Below, piece by piece: positions 10,510 through 19,177 of a stretch of DNA of 64,000 nt. Made by a program: the position numbers and the translations under genes. The notes below the pieces were generated by a model that was not told where the DNA came from, did no database searches, and saw nothing but the letters and a program-made list of their open reading frames with translations. Within the stretch, counting starts at the first letter, position 1; every line of letters starts with the position of its first letter. This stretch comes from Nitrospirota bacterium (GTDB taxonomy: Bacteria; Nitrospirota; Thermodesulfovibrionia; Thermodesulfovibrionales; Dissulfurispiraceae), in contig JBBISP010000007.1 in assembly GCA_037441185.1 (NCBI GenBank), forward strand, positions 1-64,000, given 5' to 3'.

Positions 10510-10696
10510 AAACCCGCTATTAGCCCATATTATTCATAAAACTTTGTTATGAGGAAGGCTGTCATCACTGCCTGAAATGCTTTCTATTTCTGTTTTTATC
10601 CTGAAAAATAACCCCTCTTAGGTATTTGTTCTTCAAATCCCTCTTAATTCTTGTTCCTTTGTGAGCTGAAAGCACATGAGAGTTTGGGTCAATATC

Positions 10697-10763
10697 TTTA
10701 CTTAAAAATTTACAGAAAATTAACATTTATTAACTTCAAATTTACCTATTTAAATAATACAAT
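10697..10763 (+). promoter_or_regulatory. Phased TTWAC direct repeats (OmpR/PhoB-type boxes) with a -10-like TACAAT
   Basis: TTTAC/TTAAC at 10697, 10709, 10720, 10730 and 10741; TACAAT at 10758-10763. Confidence 0.5.
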
Positions 10764-10873
10764 TAATATATCGAAATCTTTTAAAAAGAGGAGGAGGTGA
10801 CAAATAGAGAGATTATTTTTTTGGAGAAAATTATTTCTTTACTGGTAAAAAAAACTTAAAAGTAGGAGGTAGT

Positions 10874-12526
10874 ATGAGCAAAAAGATTTATATGTTAATG
10901 GTTGCTGCTTTTGCGGTTGTTTTGGTTGGAGGATTTTATTTTTCAAGCGCTGACGCTCAAAAAGCAGCGCCAGCAGGAAAACCTGTAAAGGTAGAGACAT
11001 GCTATGCATGCCACTCGCAGATTAAAGATTTCCATGCAAAAGGGAAACATTCTAAAGTGAACTGTATAAGCTGTCATGAAGGTCTTGATGGACACCTAAA
11101 GGATGCGATGACAAAGCCTGTAACCAGAATGGATCACGCTACCTGCGGCAAATGTCATAAGGAACAGTACGAATCATTTGTTGCTGTAAATTTTGAGTCA
11201 AAACCAAAGGTCGAAAAGTCAATATCCACAAGCAGGTCCCCGCTTTTCGACGCCATCATGAAGCCGCACGGGTTTACTCGTGAACATGCTGAGCCAAGAA
11301 GCCATGTATTTATGCTTGTTGACCATTTGCTTGTTGACAGGGCATATGGCGGCAGATTCCAGCTTAAGGACCTGACAAAGATTGGCGATGCAAAAGGCGC
11401 TGAAAAGTCAGCGTGGGAAGTATTAAAGGATTTAGATCCTGCAACAAGCGATCAGAAGGTCTTCCCGCCATATACACCACGGACCGCTGCAACTGCTGCA
11501 AATCCAGTATGTATGGGTTGTAAAACTCATGACCATATTCTTAAATGGGCATACATGGGTGACAAAAATCCAAAGGCAAAATGGGACAGGACATCAAAGG
11601 TGGTTGAGTTTGCAAGGGATGTGCATCATCCTGCTAACTGTTTCATGTGTCATGATCCGCATTCCGCAGGTCCGCGTGTTGTAAGAGACGCCCTTATTGA
11701 GGCAGTTGTTGATAGAGGAGAGGGAACATATCCCTATGACAAAGAAAAGAGCAAGAAAATCACGATGAAAAAGGTCATGTTCAGGGACTTCAGGGCAATA
11801 GGAACCTTGAATAAATCAGATTCAAACCTTATGTGCGCGCAGTGCCATGTAGAGTATAACTGCAATCCTGTAATAAACATCAATACCGGCGAAACTATCG
11901 GCATGACTGACAGGAGAACAAATGAATTTCAGTGGAGGAATGTCTTTGATTATGATGCATGGGTTGAAAAGCAGGGCTACAGAGACTTTCGGAACGAGGT
12001 TACCGGCGCACTGGTTTCCAAGATACAACATCCGGAACTGGAGGTCTTCTGGGGCAGCAAGCATGAAAAGGCTGGCGTTGAGTGCAAGGATTGTCATATG
12101 CCAAAAATGAAAAAAGGCGGCAAGGAATTCACATGGCATGGACAGAAGAGCGCAAAATATATGAAGAAAGATACATGCTTGAAGTGTCATCCTCATTGGA
12201 CGGAAAAAGAGGCTGAATACCAGATAGAAGGAATCCAGAACTATATCAGGGGCAAGATGCGCAAGGCAGAATTCTGGCTTTCGGAGTTTGTGAAGACATA
12301 TCAACTCGCAAAGGCTGTTGGTGTTTCAGAAGATGTGCTGAAGGAGTCAAGAAAGTTCCATACAAAGGCGCATACAAAATGGGAGTGGTGGACTGCTGAA
12401 AACTCAGACGGATTCCATAATCCTGAGCAGGCAAAGGCGTCTTTGTTTGATTCAATACAGACATCTGTTGACGGCGTGAAGTTTCTCGAGAAAGCCATTG
12501 ATGATAAAGTGAAAGCCGGCAAGTAA
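10874..12526 (+). CDS. Octaheme ammonia-forming cytochrome c nitrite reductase (ONR/TvNiR type, NrfA-related)
   Basis: Signal peptide; seven CxxCH motifs plus active-site CMGCK as the 4th heme; CAQCHVEYNC; AENSDGFHNP. Confidence 0.9.
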   Translation: MSKKIYMLMVAAFAVVLVGGFYFSSADAQKAAPAGKPVKVETCYACHSQIKDFHAKGKHSKVNCISCHEGLDGHLKDAMTKPVTRMDHATCGKCHKEQYESFVAVNFESKPKVEKSISTSRSPLFDAIMKPHGFTREHAEPRSHVFMLVDHLLVDRAYGGRFQLKDLTKIGDAKGAEKSAWEVLKDLDPATSDQKVFPPYTPRTAATAANPVCMGCKTHDHILKWAYMGDKNPKAKWDRTSKVVEFARDVHHPANCFMCHDPHSAGPRVVRDALIEAVVDRGEGTYPYDKEKSKKITMKKVMFRDFRAIGTLNKSDSNLMCAQCHVEYNCNPVININTGETIGMTDRRTNEFQWRNVFDYDAWVEKQGYRDFRNEVTGALVSKIQHPELEVFWGSKHEKAGVECKDCHMPKMKKGGKEFTWHGQKSAKYMKKDTCLKCHPHWTEKEAEYQIEGIQNYIRGKMRKAEFWLSEFVKTYQLAKAVGVSEDVLKESRKFHTKAHTKWEWWTAENSDGFHNPEQAKASLFDSIQTSVDGVKFLEKAIDDKVKAGK

Positions 12527-12534
12527 GCGTGCAT

Positions 12535-12568
12535 AAGGCGGGGCATTGCCCCGCCTTTTCTTGTTTTT
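12535..12568 (+). terminator. Rho-independent terminator
   Basis: aaggcggggc-att-gccccgcctt followed by ttcttgttttt. Confidence 0.85.
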
Positions 12569-12603
12569 AGACCCATTGGAAGATGGGGAAAGGAGCATAT
12601 AGT

Positions 12604-13095
12604 ATGAAAAGGATTATATTTTTTTTGGTGTTGATATTGTTTGGCATGTCAGGATTCTATATTTCTAAGGGATATGGCCATAAAAACAGCGCTCCGAATC
12701 TTGACTGTATAAGCTGCCATGAGGGAGAGATGGTTCAAAATATGGTCAAAGTTCAAGGAATGCCAAAAAGCTATGTCCCAGGTAAAACATACAATTTAAC
12801 AGTGATTGTAACAAGCGACCTTGAGAGCATGAGCGAATCCAAAGGTGGTTTTGCACTTGAGGCATCCGCCGGGGAATTGATAGTGCGGGATAAGAAAAAT
12901 ACGCAGTTAAGCAATGGTATATTAACGCATACACAGGAAGGCTCTGAATTAAGGAAATGGACATTTAAATGGAAGGCACCATCTGAAAAGATTGATGCAA
13001 GTATCACTGTAATGGCGCTTGCAGCTAATGGGGATTATTCATCTGTTGGAGATAGGGTTGGCGCTGATAGTTATACGATTAAATCGGCTAAATAG
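12604..13095 (+). CDS. Exported monoheme c-type protein with a Reeler-like domain
   Basis: Signal/TM N-terminus, CISCH, YVPGKTYNLTV, GGFALEA, WTFKWKAP, ALAANGD; RBS aggag before ATG 12604. Confidence 0.7.
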   Translation: MKRIIFFLVLILFGMSGFYISKGYGHKNSAPNLDCISCHEGEMVQNMVKVQGMPKSYVPGKTYNLTVIVTSDLESMSESKGGFALEASAGELIVRDKKNTQLSNGILTHTQEGSELRKWTFKWKAPSEKIDASITVMALAANGDYSSVGDRVGADSYTIKSAK

Positions 13096-13153
13096 CGAAT
13101 AAAGACCGCAACTCGTAATGCGTGAAGGGTTGCGAAAAAAAAGGAGGTCATAG

Positions 13154-16100
13154 ATGAAACTCAGCAGAAGAGATTTTCTAAGGGCAAGCGCTATAACAAC
13201 AGCGGCGGCAGCAGCAGGCATTGCAAAACCTGAGATGCTATTGGCATCGCATCCTGTAAAGACATTTCCAGTAGGGCAGTGCAGGTATTGTGCTGTGGGC
13301 TGCACAACGATTGCAGACTGTGAGGTTGATGCCGCTGGAAAGGTTACAAGGGTAGTAGCGATTAAAGGCGATTTAAAAAGCACAGTCAACAGAGGAGTTT
13401 TATGCACGAAGGCCTTTTATCTTCACAAGGCAATAGCATATAAAGACAGACCAAAAGGCGCATATGTAAGGAAAGAATGGATAGACCATAAGACAGGCAA
13501 GCCTTCTTTGACAGCGTCTCCGAGGGTATTAGACGGCAAAACAACAAAAGACCCGCGTGGCATAAAGCCGTCAGAGATTGACTTTAAAGAAAACTTTACC
13601 CTTATCCCATGGGAAGATGCGATAGAATTTGTAGCTGATGCAGTGGAAAAGACCGTAAAAGACAACGGCAAACACAGCGTTGCTTATTATGGCAGCGGAC
13701 AGCTCGGTTCTGAAGAAACCCATATAATGAACAAGACCTTAAAGGGCGGAGGAATGCTCGCAAATAACGCCATTGAGGGACAGCCGAGGACATGCATGGC
13801 ATCTGCTGTTGTTGGCTATCTCTATACATTCGGCAAAGACGAGCCTTATGGCAGTTATGATGACCTTGATGTTCCGGACCCAGACTTTAAAAAACATGCT
13901 GACACATTTTTTATTATAGGAAACAATACAGCAGAGGGACATCCAATACCGTTTAACAGGATAGCCTCTGTAAAGGCAAAAAATCCTGATGTAAAGGTTA
14001 TACTTGCTGACCCGAGAAAGACCCGTTCTGGAACAATAGCTGATTTATGGCTCCCATTTGCAACAGGCAGGGACCTTGCCCTCATTAATTCCATTGCCTA
14101 TGTAATAACTCATGAGCTTGACGGCGCAAAATACGATGTGGAAAAAGGCGCTGTTGATGCAAAATGGAAATACATGGACAAAAAGTTTATTGAGAGGCAC
14201 GCAAATTTTGGAATACACGAAGATGTCAAAAAGACATGGATAATAACTGAATACGGCGGAATAAGAGGAACTGCCCATGATATGAGCCATTCTCTTGGGC
14301 TTGTAAGAAAGGTATATCCAGACCTTAAAAAGAAATATGCTTCAGAGGCAGAGATAACAAAAGACCTTTATAAAGGCTTTGCCATATTCCTCAAATTCTT
14401 GTCTGACTATAATCCAGATAAAATATCTGATGTAATATTTGAGGGTGAATCGCCTCTCCTCTATGACAAGGGAACTCGGACATGGAAGAAGATAAGCGGT
14501 CCAGAGGCAATAAGACTTGCAGCAAAGTGGTACGCTGAAGGATATACAACATCAATCTGGTGCATGGGTGTAAACCAAAAGGTTCAGGGAACATGGACAA
14601 ATGCATCCTTGCACATGCTGAATCTCATAACCGGCAAAACAGTGAAACCAGGCAGACATTCATTCAGTTTTACAGGCCAGCCTAATGCCTGCGGCGGAAT
14701 AAGAGCGCCAGGAGCATTATGTCACGCACTTCCATATGGAAGGCTCGTTGCAAATCCCCTTCACAGGGCAGCAGTTGAAAAAGTCTGGGCTGACAGGGCA
14801 GCAGCTTATCTTAAAAAGAGAGGCGTTTCTGATGCAGAGATAGCATCTGAAACAGCAAAAATTAAGATTCATGACAAGCCAGGCCCTCATACACAGGAGA
14901 TGTTTAGAAGGCTTGCATCGGGCCAGATAAAGGTTCAATTCATCTCATGCGTAAATCCTGGTCAGTCCTTGGCATACTCATGGCCTTACAGACAGGCAAT
15001 GGGCGGAGCCCAAAAAGGAGAGCCGTGGCCTTTGATTGTAACCCTTGAATCATTTCCAGGTGCTACAACACAGGTCTCCGATATTGTATTAGGCGCCTCA
15101 AGCTGGTATGAAAAGGAATTCATATTCGGCAACCTTGAAAGAAGGTATCAGGTTATAAAGCAGATCATCGAGCCGTATGGCAATACCATACCCGACCATA
15201 CGATATTCGCCCTGATTATGAGGAGGCTTGAGGAAAAGGGTCTTGTTCCGAAGGGGCATGTATCACAATTCTGGCCTGAAAAGTATGATGGCGCAGACTG
15301 GATGAAAAAGACCATTGCTGCAGCCAAGACAAAGGAGTGGAACAGGGAGTTCAGCTCTAACATCTGGGAAGAAATGATGGCTCTTTCAGGCGGCACAGGC
15401 TATAACTTTACAGGCATGAACAGAAAGGTGCTTCTTGAGAGGAATCATGGTTACAGGATTCCATTCCCTGCTGATGTCCATACTGACCCTGCAATGAAGG
15501 CGCGATATGACAAATATGAGTCAAGCATTCAATATGCCTTCCCTTATGACCCTCTAATTGAAAGAGTTACAAAAACATATCTTGACAACATGAAGGCATT
15601 CAACACTGTTTATGGCTCGTGGCTTGAGAAAAATCTTGAGGAGATGAAAAAGGATGAAGATTATCATAAAAAGGAGAATGTGCCAAAGGGCTGGTATGCA
15701 AGCTTCTATAATTCCAATGCCTTTATTCACGGCATGATAGACCTTCCTGATGGCAAAAAGGTTCCTGGCTTTGACGGCAGGGCAATTATATGGGCAAATC
15801 CTTGGTGGGCATGCAAGTTTGACGGCAAGGAGTTTGTGAAGTATAAGAGCGTTGATGTGCTGGAGAGGAAATTCAATCCAGCCAAGGTAATAGAAGACAG
15901 CACACTGCCATTTGATAGGGTTGCTGGATATGCTGTCAGTGTAATAGGAGATCCTGATAAGGACAGAAAAGCCCTAAAGACAATTGTGCTTAGCCCTGCA
16001 GATATACAGAGCCATAGGGAGGAATTTACAAAGGCTGACGGCTCAAAGCTGCTCTTTTATGATACAACAGGCTATACATATGGAGCATGCACAGGCAGAG

Positions 16101-16480
16101 TTGTTGAACACTGGCATTCAGGAAGCATGACAACAAGGGTTTCTGAGCTTACCCGTGCAGTGCCTAAAGCTTATGTAGAGATTAATGCTGAACTTGCAAA
16201 GAAGCTCCGGATTAAAGAAGGCGATAGTATTATAGTTGAATCCAGAAGGGGTAAGATTGAGCTTCCAGCAAAGGTTCTTGATGTTACAAAGGCTACAGGA
16301 GGTCCAAGAGCTGACTATGTGTTTATTCCATGGTTTGATGAATACAAGCTCGTAAACATGATTATGAATGAACACTTTGACCCGTTCAGCTTCCAGATGG
16401 ACTACAAGATGTTTTCTGTAAAGATTTACAAGGGCAAAACAAGGACAAGACAGGCAGAGCCAGGAAAGGTGATCGCATAG
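13154..16480 (+). CDS. napA: Periplasmic nitrate reductase catalytic subunit (NapA-like), unusually long at 1108 aa
   Basis: Tat signal SRRDFLR, CRYCAVGC...C [4Fe-4S], RTCMASAV Mo-Cys motif, GQPNACG, TGRVVEHWHSGSMT. Confidence 0.85.
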   Translation: MKLSRRDFLRASAITTAAAAAGIAKPEMLLASHPVKTFPVGQCRYCAVGCTTIADCEVDAAGKVTRVVAIKGDLKSTVNRGVLCTKAFYLHKAIAYKDRPKGAYVRKEWIDHKTGKPSLTASPRVLDGKTTKDPRGIKPSEIDFKENFTLIPWEDAIEFVADAVEKTVKDNGKHSVAYYGSGQLGSEETHIMNKTLKGGGMLANNAIEGQPRTCMASAVVGYLYTFGKDEPYGSYDDLDVPDPDFKKHADTFFIIGNNTAEGHPIPFNRIASVKAKNPDVKVILADPRKTRSGTIADLWLPFATGRDLALINSIAYVITHELDGAKYDVEKGAVDAKWKYMDKKFIERHANFGIHEDVKKTWIITEYGGIRGTAHDMSHSLGLVRKVYPDLKKKYASEAEITKDLYKGFAIFLKFLSDYNPDKISDVIFEGESPLLYDKGTRTWKKISGPEAIRLAAKWYAEGYTTSIWCMGVNQKVQGTWTNASLHMLNLITGKTVKPGRHSFSFTGQPNACGGIRAPGALCHALPYGRLVANPLHRAAVEKVWADRAAAYLKKRGVSDAEIASETAKIKIHDKPGPHTQEMFRRLASGQIKVQFISCVNPGQSLAYSWPYRQAMGGAQKGEPWPLIVTLESFPGATTQVSDIVLGASSWYEKEFIFGNLERRYQVIKQIIEPYGNTIPDHTIFALIMRRLEEKGLVPKGHVSQFWPEKYDGADWMKKTIAAAKTKEWNREFSSNIWEEMMALSGGTGYNFTGMNRKVLLERNHGYRIPFPADVHTDPAMKARYDKYESSIQYAFPYDPLIERVTKTYLDNMKAFNTVYGSWLEKNLEEMKKDEDYHKKENVPKGWYASFYNSNAFIHGMIDLPDGKKVPGFDGRAIIWANPWWACKFDGKEFVKYKSVDVLERKFNPAKVIEDSTLPFDRVAGYAVSVIGDPDKDRKALKTIVLSPADIQSHREEFTKADGSKLLFYDTTGYTYGACTGRVVEHWHSGSMTTRVSELTRAVPKAYVEINAELAKKLRIKEGDSIIVESRRGKIELPAKVLDVTKATGGPRADYVFIPWFDEYKLVNMIMNEHFDPFSFQMDYKMFSVKIYKGKTRTRQAEPGKVIA

Positions 16481-16484
16481 AGTA

Positions 16485-16526
16485 AAAAAGGTTAAGGTTA
16501 AGGATTAACCTGACCTTAACCTCTTT
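16485..16526. repeat. Hexamer-based inverted repeat (AGGTTA)n...(TAACCT)n
   Basis: aaaaaggttaaggttaaggattaacctgaccttaacctcttt between napA and napG. Confidence 0.7.
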
Positions 16527-16529
16527 AAT

Positions 16530-17294
16530 ATGAAGATTACAAGGCGGGATTTTCTAAAGACATCGTTGATAACCGGCGCTGCTTTGACAGCAGGCAGCGG
16601 ACTGGCTGTTTTTGAAAGATATGCTTTTGCGGAAAAGGAAGAATTTTTAGGCCCTCTTCCTGATATAGATGTTGGCGGCATAATAAGACCACCTGGCGCA
16701 TTGCCAGAAAGGCAATTTCGCTCTAAATGCATAAGCTGCGGTGTGTGCGTGAATGTCTGTCATGTGATGAAATATGATGCCATTGCAGTTGCAGGAGTTC
16801 AGGACATTAGGAACTTTGGGGCTCCATATATTAAGGATATGAGAGACTTCCCATGCGGTCTCTGTATGGAGTGCCCAAAACATTGTCCTACGGGAGCCTT
16901 AAAAAAAATTGAAAAAGAAAATGTTGCAATGGGAATGGCGCTCATAGATTTTGGCTTGTGCTTTGGCTGGAACGGTGATGTATGTCTTTCATGCAGCAAG
17001 GCATGTCCGCTCGGAGCGCATGTATTTGATTTTTACAGCGGTGAGTGGGGGAATCAGCCTTACATAAATGAAAAGTGTGTGGGCTGCGGCCTTTGTGTTA
17101 AATATTGTCCTTTAGGAGGCTCTGCAATAAAGGTCGTCACGAAAAGGCAGTATGAAACCTTCAGGTCATCTTACGTCTCGGAGTTTCGGCAGCTCCTCTC
17201 AATGGCCCATGAAGAACGGTATGCCGTCGTCTACGGGCAGAACCTGCCCCAGATTATGGCAAGGGGAAGGCTGGTAGAGCGTGAATACAGATAA
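16530..17294 (+). CDS. napG: NapG/MauM-type periplasmic polyferredoxin
   Basis: Tat signal TRRDFLK, IRPPGAL, four Cys clusters (e.g. CISCGVCVNVC, CVGCGLCVKYCP). Confidence 0.85.
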   Translation: MKITRRDFLKTSLITGAALTAGSGLAVFERYAFAEKEEFLGPLPDIDVGGIIRPPGALPERQFRSKCISCGVCVNVCHVMKYDAIAVAGVQDIRNFGAPYIKDMRDFPCGLCMECPKHCPTGALKKIEKENVAMGMALIDFGLCFGWNGDVCLSCSKACPLGAHVFDFYSGEWGNQPYINEKCVGCGLCVKYCPLGGSAIKVVTKRQYETFRSSYVSEFRQLLSMAHEERYAVVYGQNLPQIMARGRLVEREYR

Positions 17295-17322
17295 AGACAG
17301 TCAGCGGTCAGACAGCAAAGAT

Positions 17323-17391
17323 GTCATTGCGAGGAGTAACAGCGATGAAGCAATTTCAAAAGACGGGATTTCCCACTCCGCTCAGAATAAC
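17323..17391. repeat. REP/RPE-like degenerate palindromic element
   Basis: gtcattgcgagg...gcgatgaagcaatttc...gggatt...ctcagaataac. Confidence 0.55.
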
Positions 17392-17400
17392 AATAGGAAA

Positions 17401-18222
17401 ATGAAGTTATCAAAACTCAGGCGCTTTGTTCTTCTCGGAATAATAGTTCTGTTTCTTCTTCAATTTCTGAGGATAAAGGTTCTTGTGGGAGGACTAACAG
17501 GATCACTTGCAGTATGGTTTGTAAAGCTAATCGATGTCTTTGCATATTTTGAGAGCCTTATCGCATCAATGGATTTTACAATAACTGCGCTATTTGCGGT
17601 GCTGCCTATTGCAGTCATTTATCTTGTATTTGGCAGGGCATTCTGCGGATGGGTATGTCCAATGGACTTTCTTTTTGAGGTGGTTGATAAGATAAGGGGC
17701 GATAGGCAATGGACGATGGACGATAGGATAAAAAGAATTTCTCCGAAAGTCGGATACGTGATTCTATTTGGATTGCTTGTAGTATCTGGCCTGATAAGTA
17801 TACCATTTTTTACAAATTACATTTCCCATCTAACAAACTTTTTCAGGTTCTTGACAGGCAGTGTGTTTATTGCACTTAATCTTCCTGCGGAGCCGGCAGT
17901 GCTGGCATTTTCAGGCGGCATGATATTTCTGCTCCTCGGGTTTGAATACTTCTTCCCACGCCTTTGGTGCAGGGTTTTGTGTCCTGTTGGAAAGACTTAT
18001 GGGCTTTTTAATAAGATAAGCCTTCTTAAGCTAAAATTTACAGAAGGGGAGTGTGGTGAATGCAATTTATGTGAGAATATGTGCTATATGAATGTAAGAA
18101 TAACCCCTTATATAGATCGTCCAAGCCTTAGAGATGTAAATTGCATTTACTGCGGCAGGTGTGTTGAAGGTTGTGAGACAAAGGGAAGGCTTATAAAAAT
18201 GAAAATAGGAGGATTGAAATGA
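17401..18222 (+). CDS. napH: NapH/MauN-type membrane ferredoxin (quinol dehydrogenase component)
   Basis: TM helices, GRAFCGWVCP, WCRVLCP, CGECNLCENMC, CIYCGRCVEGC. Confidence 0.85.
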   Translation: MKLSKLRRFVLLGIIVLFLLQFLRIKVLVGGLTGSLAVWFVKLIDVFAYFESLIASMDFTITALFAVLPIAVIYLVFGRAFCGWVCPMDFLFEVVDKIRGDRQWTMDDRIKRISPKVGYVILFGLLVVSGLISIPFFTNYISHLTNFFRFLTGSVFIALNLPAEPAVLAFSGGMIFLLLGFEYFFPRLWCRVLCPVGKTYGLFNKISLLKLKFTEGECGECNLCENMCYMNVRITPYIDRPSLRDVNCIYCGRCVEGCETKGRLIKMKIGGLK

Positions 18223-18473
18223 TTGTTGCCAGTGGTTTTATAGAGGCAAATGATGCAAAAGATGTGGAAAGCGTCGTGGATGAATTAAAATCGAGGGGAT
18301 TAGAGGTTAATGAAGTAAAAGACGAAAAGATAGTATTTCTCATTGAAAGGGAAACAGCCTCTGAGGCGAAAAACTCACTGGATTCGCTCAAAGATATTAA
18401 AGGTGTCAGGAATGTTTATCTTGCTTATTACAGCATTGAAGGCAGTGATGAAATTGTTGCCAGTTATCTGTAG
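18219..18473 (+). CDS. napD: NapD-like Tat proofreading chaperone
   Basis: 84 aa, GLEV..VKDEKIVFLIE...LKDIKGVRNVYLAY; last gene of the nap cluster. Confidence 0.7.
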   Translation: MIVASGFIEANDAKDVESVVDELKSRGLEVNEVKDEKIVFLIERETASEAKNSLDSLKDIKGVRNVYLAYYSIEGSDEIVASYL

Positions 18474-18484
18474 GATAGATATTA

Positions 18485-19162
18485 TTATTCTTTGAGCTTA
18501 TACCCTATTCCAGAGACAGTTATTATGTATTGCGGCTCTGATGGATTTGACTCTATCTTGTATCTTAAATGCTGGATGTGAACATCAATAACTCTGCTCC
18601 ATGAATATATCTTTGATTTTTCCCAGAGGTTATTTCGTATTTGCTCTCTACTAACGACCGAGCCCTTATTAGAAACAAGGAGGCACAAAAGTTCGTATTC
18701 CTTTGGTGTAAGTATTATCTCCCTGCTTTTGATTTTGACTATTCTGCGCTTGTAGTCAATGCTTAAATCTCCAATGGTTACTTGTTCTTCAGCGGACGGT
18801 TTTGCCCTTCTAATGCATGCCTTTATTCTCGCTATTAATTCAAGCGTCTCAAAGGGTTTTACCATATAGTCATCTGCTCCGCTTTCGAGCCCTATGACTT
18901 TATCAGAAATCTTATCCTTCGCAGTAAGCATTATTATTGGCAGTGCAGGGTATTGCGACCTCAATGTGTGGCATATTTCAATCCCGTTTCCGTCTGGTAG
19001 CATAATGTCGAGGATTAAAATATCAGCTTTATTGGCAGAAAGCGCCTTCTGTCCTTCTAACCACGATTCTGCTGTGATGACAATAAAGTTATGCAGTTGG
19101 AGATTTGCCTTTAATACCTTTAATATGTCTGTATCATCATCTATTAATAATATCGTATTCAT
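18485..19162 (-). CDS. OmpR/PhoB-family response regulator
   Basis: ILLIDDD, ILDIMLP, MLTAK, GADDYMVKPF, winged helix (LTPKEYELL, IDVHIQHLRYKIE). Confidence 0.95.
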   Translation of the reverse strand: MNTILLIDDDTDILKVLKANLQLHNFIVITAESWLEGQKALSANKADILILDIMLPDGNGIEICHTLRSQYPALPIIMLTAKDKISDKVIGLESGADDYMVKPFETLELIARIKACIRRAKPSAEEQVTIGDLSIDYKRRIVKIKSREIILTPKEYELLCLLVSNKGSVVSREQIRNNLWEKSKIYSWSRVIDVHIQHLRYKIESNPSEPQYIITVSGIGYKLKE

Positions 19163-19177
19163 TATCCAAAATATCTT

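Noticed and set aside
13154..16480. Molybdoenzyme as formate dehydrogenase or selenoprotein
   Set aside because: No internal TGA; the ligand motif is NapA-type RTCMASAV and napG/H/D follow
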